The notes under the pieces: model-generated | Told to the model about the DNA's origin: nothing | The model's database searches: none | The model's input: the letters and a program-made list of their open reading frames with translations, nothing else | Position numbers and translations under genes: made by a program | In this document: positions 19,274 to 27,959 of the stretch, one piece after another | How the letters are laid out: every line of letters begins with the position of its first letter | Position numbering within the stretch: position 1 is the first letter of the stretch | From: an uncultured Ignavibacteriota bacterium | Lineage (GTDB): Bacteria; Bacteroidota; Ignavibacteria; UBA10030; UBA8401 | Assembly: GCA_903861125.1 (NCBI GenBank) | Contig: CAIOTF010000013.1 | Coordinates: forward strand, 1,482-65,481 | DNA length: 64,000 nucleotides | Direction: 5' to 3'

Positions 19274-19495
19274 TAGCGGAATTGGCGTCAATCTATCGCC
19301 GGTGTATTATATAGTCAGTGTATAGAGAAATCGTTACCTCTCCCCGAAAAGGCAGAAAGTATTTTGTTTGTGCCCGCCATAAATAATCAATGATTTGGTC
19401 TGTTCATACCTCCAAGCCCCTTTTATTTTGTAAGTCTCAATATTTTATACTATTTTTATCCATTCTCGTTGCTTTTCACGCATTAAAATGAATTT

Positions 19496-22030
19496 ATGGC
19501 ACTTACTAAAAAAGACAAATCTGTAAAGCAAACCCAAGAATCAACTTTAATTCCGGTGCAATATCAGCATGGAGCAGCCCTGTTCGTGATATTTCTATCG
19601 CTAGTAGTCTTCTTTCATGAATTGGTATTTGACGGCAAAGTGTTTGTGGCAGCAGACAATATTGCATCAAAAAGTTTTCAAACCCTTGTTGAGGACGCAG
19701 ATAAAGAAGGGGTCTTTCCGTTATGGAATCCATACATTTTTTGCGGAATGCCGGGATATGCGAGCTTAAGTATTGCCGCAGACCGATATTTTGATTTTAC
19801 AGCCATTACCGTAAACCGGACCGCCCTTTTATTCGGACGTATTATCAATAGTCCCGAGGTGGGATGGGAATTGTTTTACTATTTTATTTTCGGAATAGGC
19901 GTATACTGGTTTGTGTTTGAAAAACTTAAGAATAAATTGGCGGCACTCATTGCTGCTTTAGGGGTTATGCATTCAACATTTGTCATTATCCTTGTAATGG
20001 TCGGACATATGACGAAAGTGCCGGTGATAGCGTTCTTTTTACCCATTTTTATGATCCTTGAACGCTTGCGTGAGAAATTCAGCATTATCCTATCGCTTGT
20101 TCTTGTTATTTTAATCCATTTAATGCTGATCCCGAGTCATATGCAAATGATTTTCTACAGTTATTTTGCAATAGGGCTGTATTATCTTTTCTTTTTTATC
20201 CGGGCATTAATCAAAAAAGAACAATGGCAGGGGATTATTCGTTCGGCATCTATTTTTGGAGCTGCTACCGTTCTGGCGTTTGCCATGACCGGCGACCAAT
20301 ACCTTTCAACGCTAGAATATTCAAAATATTCAATTCGCGGCTCAGATCCGATTATCCGGTCACAGCAAGCGCAGGATAAAGGAGCAACAAACGGCGGTCT
20401 CGATTACGATTATGCCACGAATTGGTCATTTTCTCCCGGTGAGATGCTGACATTTATCATTCCTTCATCTTCCGGATTCGGATGGTTTTCTTATAGTGGA
20501 GCATTAACGCAGAACCAGGAAACACGTCTGAACACCTATTTTGGCAATATGCCGTTTACGGATGCACCGCAATATATGGGAATCGTCATTTTTGTATTGG
20601 CCGGCATAGGTGTATGGAGGAATCGGCGCGATCCTTTTGTACAGTATGCCGGTGTCTTGATAATTATTTCTCTTCTCATATCCTTCGGCAAAGAGTTGCC
20701 CATCGTGTACGATCTGATGTTTAATTACTTCCCAATGTTCAACAAGTTCCGCATACCTTCCATGATGTTGATTCTGGTGCAGATCATGGTCCCGGTATTG
20801 TCGGCATATGGTATCGTCTCGCTGATGAATGACGGCAAAGAAAAAAATGCACGCCGCCAAAAGATATTTGGAACCGTGTTGATTGGTACTGGCGCTTTGC
20901 TGGTCCTTTCCGTTATAGCAAAAGACATTTTCCTGTCGATCTATGATATCTTCGTTCCGCAGCAGGTCATCATGCAGTCCCTTGCGCGATCGTATGGCAA
21001 CAACCAGATGGTTTTGGGCGAACTGGTGAAAGTAATCACCGGCATGGTCTCGAATGACATCATGTATGGTTTATTGTTCCTTTTCGTATCGCTTGGAGGA
21101 ATATACCTTTATCAAATCAATAAAATAAAATTATCATTGTTGTCCGTCATTCTAGTGTGCAGCGTGTTGTTTGACCTTTGGAGAATCAACGAAAAACCGA
21201 TGGATGCAAAACCGCACAGCAATTCGCAGGAAGTTTTTGCTACGCCGGCATATGTTTCATTCGTTAAACAGGATTCTTCGCTCTACCGCACACTGGAATT
21301 TGAACAAGGTCAACCTCCCTATAACAATACTCTTGCGTATTGGAATGTGCAGAGTGCGTATGGTTATCAAGGGGTAAAAATGCGTCAAATACAGGATGTT
21401 TTTGATGTTGTGGGTTTGGGGAATCCTCTTTTGTGGGGATTGATGAATGTTAAATATATCATCTCGGACCGTCCCGATTCAAATGAAGTATTGGTGCCGA
21501 TACATAATTCGGAAGGAAAGTACATACTATATAATCGTTCTGAGATGCCACGCGCATTTTTCGTGAATCGCTATGAAGTAGTAAAAGGAATTGATATTCT
21601 CAACAAGATGAAAGCAATGAATTTTAACCCTAGAGATGTTGCATTCTTTATGGATGATCCGAAACTGAACATTGATGCACCTCTGCCGGGAGCTGAAGCG
21701 ACATACACTCATTACGGAGTTCAAGATCTGACGGTGAAAATAAAAGCAACCGGAAATAATTTGCTTTTCTTAAGCGAATCATGGTATCCGGAAGGGTGGA
21801 AAGCATACATTGACGGAAGCGAAACGCCGATACACCGGATCAATTATATGTTCCGCGGTGTCGTCGTTCCGGCCGGCGATCATTCTTTGATGATGAAATT
21901 TGAACCGAAGGGATTTGCAATCGGGAAACAGATGAGTTTATGGACAAATATTATTATCCTCACCGGGATATTGTCGTTTGCAGTAGTATTTTTCAAAAAA
22001 AAAGGTGAAAAGGGTAATCGACTCGGATAG
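19496..22030 (+). CDS. YfhO-family polytopic membrane protein (GT-C-like)
   Basis: 844 aa. Many TM helices in the N-terminal two-thirds and a C-terminal soluble domain. The architecture is typical of YfhO. Confidence 0.55.
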   Translation: MALTKKDKSVKQTQESTLIPVQYQHGAALFVIFLSLVVFFHELVFDGKVFVAADNIASKSFQTLVEDADKEGVFPLWNPYIFCGMPGYASLSIAADRYFDFTAITVNRTALLFGRIINSPEVGWELFYYFIFGIGVYWFVFEKLKNKLAALIAALGVMHSTFVIILVMVGHMTKVPVIAFFLPIFMILERLREKFSIILSLVLVILIHLMLIPSHMQMIFYSYFAIGLYYLFFFIRALIKKEQWQGIIRSASIFGAATVLAFAMTGDQYLSTLEYSKYSIRGSDPIIRSQQAQDKGATNGGLDYDYATNWSFSPGEMLTFIIPSSSGFGWFSYSGALTQNQETRLNTYFGNMPFTDAPQYMGIVIFVLAGIGVWRNRRDPFVQYAGVLIIISLLISFGKELPIVYDLMFNYFPMFNKFRIPSMMLILVQIMVPVLSAYGIVSLMNDGKEKNARRQKIFGTVLIGTGALLVLSVIAKDIFLSIYDIFVPQQVIMQSLARSYGNNQMVLGELVKVITGMVSNDIMYGLLFLFVSLGGIYLYQINKIKLSLLSVILVCSVLFDLWRINEKPMDAKPHSNSQEVFATPAYVSFVKQDSSLYRTLEFEQGQPPYNNTLAYWNVQSAYGYQGVKMRQIQDVFDVVGLGNPLLWGLMNVKYIISDRPDSNEVLVPIHNSEGKYILYNRSEMPRAFFVNRYEVVKGIDILNKMKAMNFNPRDVAFFMDDPKLNIDAPLPGAEATYTHYGVQDLTVKIKATGNNLLFLSESWYPEGWKAYIDGSETPIHRINYMFRGVVVPAGDHSLMMKFEPKGFAIGKQMSLWTNIIILTGILSFAVVFFKKKGEKGNRLG

Positions 22031-22214
22031 TAATTTTGTTCAGATGATAAACAAGGAGAAATTTTAGAATACAGTCTAATGTTTTTGTGCCGTATGACTG
22101 GAAATATATTTTGCGTAGACAAGGGATAATCTTCGAATTAACTGCACGTTCGACATAAGCTATGGATTGAGCGTATTACTCTGAATATACTATCGTAAAT
22201 TTCCCGACCGAATT

Positions 22215-22622
22215 ATGGATGCAAGAATCATACAATTTCCAAAAATATCCGATCCAAGAGGGAATTTGTCCTTTTTGGAGCATCCCAGCCAAATACCTTT
22301 TCAAATAAAAAGAGTTTATTGGGTGTATGATGTTCCCGGGGGCGAAATCAGAGGAAGCCATTCCTATAAATCTTTGCATGAAGTTATTATTGCACTTTCA
22401 GGCAGTTTTGATGTTGTTCTGCATGACGGCAAAACCGAAAAGAAATGGCAATTAAATCGTTCATATTTTGGTTTGTACGTTCCCAATATGATTTGGCGGA
22501 CCATAGAAAATTTTTCTACCAATGCACTTTGCTTAATTGTAGCGTCGGAAGAATATAACGAAAAAGATTATATTCGAAGTTTTCCAGATTTTGAAAGCAT
22601 GGTGAATGAAAGAACCAAGTAA
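22215..22622 (+). CDS. FdtA/WxcM-like dTDP-4-keto-6-deoxyhexose 3,4-ketoisomerase (cupin), copy 1
   Basis: DPRGNLSFLE...PFQIKRVYWVYDVPGGEIRGSHSYK...ASEEYNEKDYIRSFPDFE, the hallmark motifs of the FdtA family. Confidence 0.75.
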   Translation: MDARIIQFPKISDPRGNLSFLEHPSQIPFQIKRVYWVYDVPGGEIRGSHSYKSLHEVIIALSGSFDVVLHDGKTEKKWQLNRSYFGLYVPNMIWRTIENFSTNALCLIVASEEYNEKDYIRSFPDFESMVNERTK

Positions 22623-23037
22623 AAATACAGTGGATGATTGTTCGGTAATTGATTTGCCCAAAATTCAGAATAACGCGGGTAATATTACACCGGTGCATAC
22701 AAATTCTGACGTTCCCTTTCAAATTCAGAGGGTCTACTATCTCTATGATATTCCGGGCGGAGAAGTGCGCGGTGGTCATGCTCACAAAATATTGCGGCAA
22801 TTAGTTGTTGCTGCAAGCGGTAGTTTTGAAGTGCTTCTTGATGACGGAAAAAAAAAGAATACAATAATGCTGAATCAGCCGTATAAAGGTTTATTGATAG
22901 TGCCCGGTATTTGGCGGGAATTAATCAATTTTTCATCCGGAGCAATTTGTTTGGTTCTAGCATCTGAAATATATGACGAAAATGATTATATCCGGAGCTA
23001 TTCTACATTTACGAATTTCAAAAACCTGCTGTCGTAA
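22606..23037 (+). CDS. FdtA/WxcM-like 3,4-ketoisomerase (cupin), copy 2 (tandem paralog)
   Basis: NAGNITPVHT...PFQIQRVYYLYDIPGGEVRGGHAHK...ASEIYDENDYIRSYSTF. Overlaps copy 1 by 17 nt. Confidence 0.75.
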   Translation: MKEPSKNTVDDCSVIDLPKIQNNAGNITPVHTNSDVPFQIQRVYYLYDIPGGEVRGGHAHKILRQLVVAASGSFEVLLDDGKKKNTIMLNQPYKGLLIVPGIWRELINFSSGAICLVLASEIYDENDYIRSYSTFTNFKNLLS

Positions 23038-23051
23038 GTTTAATTCTGCCG

Positions 23052-23426
23052 GTGAATGTGTGGCATTCGGATGACTTTGTTCTCGAATCAATCAGTAAAA
23101 TATTTAATGACAAATGTAAGGATAGAATTGTGAATAAAAATGAAATCCATGATATTGTTATTTCAAAAGTAGTATCATTAGTTGATACGTTGCCTGAAGA
23201 TAAAAAATTTTCGGTCGACCAAAACACTACTTTGTTTGGTAACGGGTCAAGCATTGATTCGTTGAGTTTAGTTTCAATTATTGTTGATTTGGAAACGACA
23301 TTTTCCGCCGAATATGGTTTAGATATATCATTAACCGATGATAAAGCCATGATGAGAGAAAAAAGTCCGTTTGAAAGTATCAAATCATTAGCAGAATACA
23401 TCAGTGAATTAGTGAATGATAAATAA
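23052..23426 (+). CDS. Acyl carrier protein (with an N-terminal extension)
   Basis: Phosphopantetheine attachment motif GSSIDSLSLVSIIVDLE (D-S-L) in a four-helix-sized C-terminal region. 124 aa. Confidence 0.65.
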   Translation: MNVWHSDDFVLESISKIFNDKCKDRIVNKNEIHDIVISKVVSLVDTLPEDKKFSVDQNTTLFGNGSSIDSLSLVSIIVDLETTFSAEYGLDISLTDDKAMMREKSPFESIKSLAEYISELVNDK

Positions 23427-23448
23427 GTATATCTAAATTATTAAGATC

Positions 23449-24162
23449 ATGTATACGGATAAAATAGTACTAATTACTGGTTCCAGCAGAGGCGTCGGTT
23501 ATATTATTGGCAAATATTTTTTAGACAATAATGCAATCGTAATCGGATTGAGCAGGGGGGCCTCATCTATTGATAATCGCAATTACTTCCATTACGAAGT
23601 TGATCTGGCGCAACCAGATGCTATTACCCGCGTCTTCAAAATAATCGCAAAAGAACATAAGAGAATCGATATTGTTATTAACAATGCAGCGGTTTTAACA
23701 TCTCAATATTCGATGATTATGCCGTTAAAAAATGCGATTGATATGGTACAAGTCGATTTTCTTGCGGTTTTTTTGGTGGCACGGGAATCTGCAAAGCTCA
23801 TGCGCAAAAATACCTATGGACGAATAATAAATATAAGTTCTATGGCCGTCAGCCTGGAACCGATCGGTGACTCATTATATGCTGCCTGTAAAGCAGGTAT
23901 TACTACACTGGCGAATGTGATGGCTAAGGAATATGCTTCCATGCATATTACATGTAATACGGTCGCTATCACCGCAATTGAAACTGATATGTTAAAGCAG
24001 CACTCACCGTCTGCCCGGACTAAAATTAAAGACATAATTAATAATCTCCCTGTTCCAAGAATGGCGGAGGCAGATGATATACTGAATGTTATTGAATTTT
24101 TCGCATCTGAACGCAGTTCGTACATAACCGCGCAAACGATATATTTAGGTGGAATTAATTAA
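23449..24162 (+). CDS. SDR-family oxidoreductase (3-oxoacyl-ACP reductase-like)
   Basis: TGSSRGVGYIIG (TGxxxGxG), NAAV, and the catalytic YAACKAG (YxxxK). Confidence 0.8.
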   Translation: MYTDKIVLITGSSRGVGYIIGKYFLDNNAIVIGLSRGASSIDNRNYFHYEVDLAQPDAITRVFKIIAKEHKRIDIVINNAAVLTSQYSMIMPLKNAIDMVQVDFLAVFLVARESAKLMRKNTYGRIINISSMAVSLEPIGDSLYAACKAGITTLANVMAKEYASMHITCNTVAITAIETDMLKQHSPSARTKIKDIINNLPVPRMAEADDILNVIEFFASERSSYITAQTIYLGGIN

Positions 24163-24826
24163 TAAAAATACATTTTTGATCAGGAATAGAAAACTATTTC
24201 CTTCCAATACATATCTTTATACGAACGACACAGATAATGAATGTATTATCATCGATCCGGGATTTGATTATGAGTTGATAAAAATGATGGTGGAAGAACG
24301 GCCACTGAAACCAATTGCCGTGATTTCAACCCATGGTCATTTTGATCATGTTGGCGGTGCCGCTTATTTGAAAAACCATTTTAATATTCCCTTCTATTTA
24401 CACGAAGCAGATCTGAAAATCTGCAAATCCGCAAATTTTTATTTAAAGATTGCAAAAGTACATCAGCAAATTGAAACGCCGATTCCGGATTATTTGTTCA
24501 AAGGAGAATATGAAAAATTATTGCTCGGTGGTTTTGAGTTAGAGGTGTTCAATTTACCGGGTCATTCCCCCGGCAGTTGCGTAATCAAAATTAAAGACAA
24601 TCTTTTTTCCGGCGACATCCTCTATAAAAACGGATTAGGTTCAGGCAGCATCCCGAGAGAAGATGAAAAAATGCTCAAGCATTCCATTAAAAAAATATTC
24701 AATATCTTTAACGGCGAACATCGTATCTTTCCCGGACACGGTCCATCGGATTTTCTTGATGCGATTAAAAATAACAATATCGAATTAAAGAAATATTTAT
24801 CGGAAGACGGCATTATCAATGACTGA
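24149..24826 (+). CDS. MBL-fold metallo-hydrolase
   Basis: STHGHFDHVGG is the HxHxDH motif. 225 aa. Confidence 0.75.
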   Translation: MELINKNTFLIRNRKLFPSNTYLYTNDTDNECIIIDPGFDYELIKMMVEERPLKPIAVISTHGHFDHVGGAAYLKNHFNIPFYLHEADLKICKSANFYLKIAKVHQQIETPIPDYLFKGEYEKLLLGGFELEVFNLPGHSPGSCVIKIKDNLFSGDILYKNGLGSGSIPREDEKMLKHSIKKIFNIFNGEHRIFPGHGPSDFLDAIKNNNIELKKYLSEDGIIND

Positions 24827-25814
24827 ATATGGAATAGGAATTATAGGTGCCGGTCACTACCTGTCTTCAAAAATTCAAACAAACGAAGAATTATGTGCCG
24901 TTATCCCTGGTCTTACACAAGAATGGATTATTGCGAAAACCGGCATAAAAAGAAGGCACCATCTGTCAGAAAGTGAAACTGCTTCTTCGCTGGCAATAGA
25001 AGCGTGCCAACGGGCAATAGCCAAAGCGAACATAGCGCAAAAACAAATTGGGTTGGTTATTGTTGCCTCCTTTAGTCAGGACTATTTGTTTCCACCGATG
25101 TCTGCAAAAATTCATTCATATTTTAATTTATCAAAAGATTGCCAGATACTTGATGTCAATACAAATTGCGTAGGTCTTGTTACAGCGTTAACCATTGCCG
25201 CGGAACGAATGAAAAATGATCCATCCATTATCAATGCATTGGTCATTGGCGTCGAAGTGTTGTCAAAATTTACTAACCCGTCGGATCAGGACACAGCGGT
25301 GTATTTCAGTGATGGCGCCTCTGCGGTGGTGCTGGGTAAAGTAGGTGAGCATGTTGGCTTTAAAAGTGCAAAATTTATGACAGATTCATCAACGTATGAA
25401 TCTGTCAGAATGAGGGGCGGCGGTTCTTCTTTCCCGATCGCAGAAAAAACAAACGACCTTAAGGTGTTATATACAGAACAAAATGGTTTGGCCACCTGGA
25501 AACAAGCCGTGACAAATTTACCAATTGTGATTCAAAAATTACTGGATCACGAGTCTCTGAAAATACATGAAATTGATTTTATTATTTTTCATCAGGCAAA
25601 TGGATTATTAATTGATTACGTGATGAAAAAAATGAAAATTCCCGTGAATAAAACGTATACAAATATTGAAGAAGTGGGAAATACGGGTTCGGCGAGTATT
25701 GGAATTGCTTTGAGTGAAGCGTATTCAAAAGGTTTAATTAAAAATAATGACAAACTTGTTTTAGCAGGCGTTGGCGCAGGTTTTAATTTTGGTGCATGTC
25801 TTTTTACTGCTTAA
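24819..25814 (+). CDS. 3-oxoacyl-ACP synthase III (KAS III / FabH-like)
   Basis: Active-site region TNCVGLVTAL (Cys), with HQANGLLIDYV and GNTGSASIGIALSEA (His/Asn) motifs. 331 aa. Confidence 0.85.
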   Translation: MTEYGIGIIGAGHYLSSKIQTNEELCAVIPGLTQEWIIAKTGIKRRHHLSESETASSLAIEACQRAIAKANIAQKQIGLVIVASFSQDYLFPPMSAKIHSYFNLSKDCQILDVNTNCVGLVTALTIAAERMKNDPSIINALVIGVEVLSKFTNPSDQDTAVYFSDGASAVVLGKVGEHVGFKSAKFMTDSSTYESVRMRGGGSSFPIAEKTNDLKVLYTEQNGLATWKQAVTNLPIVIQKLLDHESLKIHEIDFIIFHQANGLLIDYVMKKMKIPVNKTYTNIEEVGNTGSASIGIALSEAYSKGLIKNNDKLVLAGVGAGFNFGACLFTA

Positions 25815-25825
25815 TATAATTCCCT

Positions 25826-26755
25826 ATGGATACCACACAAAATACATTTTCTTATTTACGTGATCTCGTAGAACAGATATCAAAAAAAGATAAGTTGCAC
25901 TCCAAAAAAATATCGGCCAATATTTCATTTTTAACAGAGCATTATCCGGAACAAATTAACGAATTAGCAGGATTGGTTAGTATGTATTTTGATAATTTGC
26001 ATCTTACGTCTGATCGTGTTGCGAGTGATTACCTAAAGATGATCAACGATATGCGAACGGAAGGATTGTATTTTTACAAGTATGGTAAGTATCGTTGTGA
26101 GAATCAGCGCATAGCCAATGAATATGTATATTCAAAACCAGAAGTAATGACGTATTACATGAATGCGTTGCTTGTTTCGCAAATTATGTGGAAACATCAT
26201 TTTAACATGTTCATGTATTTCCAAAAAAGTCTGAAAACATTGTTTCCGGATGATTCCGCGGTCACCATACTTGATATAGGTCCCGGTCACGGTTTTTTTT
26301 CATATTTAACAAAAAAAGAATTCTCAAATTATAGCAAGCTCGACATTGTTGATATCAGTGACACTTCTCTTGAAATGACTAAAACGATCATCGGCTATGA
26401 TGCCGATAAAATACGCTATTTCAAGAAAGATATTTTTGAATATGATGATTCGAATAAATATGATTTTATTGTGCTGGGCGAAGTGCTGGAGCATTTGGAC
26501 GAACCCAAACAGATTTTACTAAAATTGTCGAAGCTCTTAAATCCAGGAGGTTTTTTATGGGTTACTACCCCTACGAATTCTCCGGCATTAGATCATGTGC
26601 ATCTCTTCACTACTAAGGAAGAAGTATTGGCGTTGATGAACGAATCAGGTCTCCGCACTGTGCATTCTTGCAACTATTTTGCGGAAGATATGACGGAAGA
26701 AGCGGCATTAAAAAACAAGATCACAAATTTAATAGGTTTGTTTTGTCAAAACTAA
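25826..26755 (+). CDS. Class I SAM-dependent methyltransferase
   Basis: ILDIGPGHGFF (motif I), DIVDISD, FDFIVLGEVLEHLDEP. Confidence 0.75.
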   Translation: MDTTQNTFSYLRDLVEQISKKDKLHSKKISANISFLTEHYPEQINELAGLVSMYFDNLHLTSDRVASDYLKMINDMRTEGLYFYKYGKYRCENQRIANEYVYSKPEVMTYYMNALLVSQIMWKHHFNMFMYFQKSLKTLFPDDSAVTILDIGPGHGFFSYLTKKEFSNYSKLDIVDISDTSLEMTKTIIGYDADKIRYFKKDIFEYDDSNKYDFIVLGEVLEHLDEPKQILLKLSKLLNPGGFLWVTTPTNSPALDHVHLFTTKEEVLALMNESGLRTVHSCNYFAEDMTEEAALKNKITNLIGLFCQN

Positions 26756-26762
26756 AAATACC

Positions 26763-27950
26763 ATGAAAAAATACAACGAAATATTTGTCGGCGACAAAGA
26801 AACATTATCCCATATTATTACAAAAAACGACATAGATAAATTTGTAGATCTAACGGGAGATGATAATCGACTGCATGTTGACGAAAAATTTGCCGAAAAG
26901 ACTCAATTTAAAAAACCGGTTGTTCATGGTATGCTTGGAGCATCATTTATCTCTACAATAATAGGAACTAAATTGCCCGGTGACGGTGCTTTGTGGTTTT
27001 CTCAATCACTGGAGTTTTTGTTGCCTGTTAGGATCGGCGACAAATTGACTATAAAAGCCGAAGTAATTAAAAAAAATGACAGCGAACGTATCATTGAATT
27101 AAAAACAGAGATATATAATCAAAACAGACAAATTGTAACAAAAGGTGTAGCAAAAGTAAAAGTGATAGAGACTGAAAATAAAACGGCTGTATCCCGGAAG
27201 ATAACTGCCGAAGTAAAAACTGCATTAATCATAGGGGCTACAGGAGGAATCGGTAACGCTGTTTGCCTTCAGTTGGCACAAGACGGTTTTAATATTATCA
27301 TCCATTATAACAACAATAAGGCAATGGCAGAAGATATTAAAAAGAAAGTAGAGAGTTATAAACAAAAAGCCGTTGTTGTTAAAGCTGATATTCTTCAAGA
27401 AACCGAAATTAATGAGATGGTTACAACCAGTTATCGTTCATTCAAAAAAATTGATGTTGTAGTGAATTGTGCAGCATCTTCGATACCGAATATTAAATTT
27501 CAAGAACTTCTCTGGTCGGATTATGTTCAGCAGTTAGAAGTGAACATTAAATCGACAATTCATATCGTGCAGGCTGTTGTTCCGGAGATGATCAAAAACG
27601 GTTACGGGAAAATTATCACTATCGGCAGTGTTTCTGCTGAAAAACCAAACAGCGAATGGTCACATTATATTACGGCAAAAACTGCGTTGATCGGTCTCAC
27701 GAAATCCTTGGCGTTCGAACTTGCGCCAAAAGGAATAAGGGTAAACATGGTGACACCCAGTTTAGTGAACACCGAATTGACAATGAATATTCCTGAAAAA
27801 GTAAAATTACTGGCGGCCGCACAAACTCCACTGCGGAGACTTGCATTGGCAACGGATGTAGCGGGAGTTATAAGTTTTTTAGCGTCAGATAAATCCGACT
27901 TTCTCGCCGGCGAGAATATTCGTGTTAACGGCGGACAAGTAATGATATAA
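26763..27950 (+). CDS. Fusion of a MaoC-like (hotdog) dehydratase with an SDR ketoreductase
   Basis: N-terminal DDNRLHVDEKFAEKTQFKKPVVHGML is a MaoC/hotdog motif. C-terminal IIGATGGIGNAVC...YITAKTALIGL is an SDR domain with a catalytic YxxxK. Confidence 0.75.
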   Translation: MKKYNEIFVGDKETLSHIITKNDIDKFVDLTGDDNRLHVDEKFAEKTQFKKPVVHGMLGASFISTIIGTKLPGDGALWFSQSLEFLLPVRIGDKLTIKAEVIKKNDSERIIELKTEIYNQNRQIVTKGVAKVKVIETENKTAVSRKITAEVKTALIIGATGGIGNAVCLQLAQDGFNIIIHYNNNKAMAEDIKKKVESYKQKAVVVKADILQETEINEMVTTSYRSFKKIDVVVNCAASSIPNIKFQELLWSDYVQQLEVNIKSTIHIVQAVVPEMIKNGYGKIITIGSVSAEKPNSEWSHYITAKTALIGLTKSLAFELAPKGIRVNMVTPSLVNTELTMNIPEKVKLLAAAQTPLRRLALATDVAGVISFLASDKSDFLAGENIRVNGGQVMI

Positions 27951-27959
27951 GCTCCTATC

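Noticed and set aside
22606-22622. A frameshifted single FdtA gene split into two ORFs
   Set aside because: Each ORF contains a complete ~135-aa cupin domain with the full set of FdtA motifs. They are tandem paralogs and not halves of one gene.
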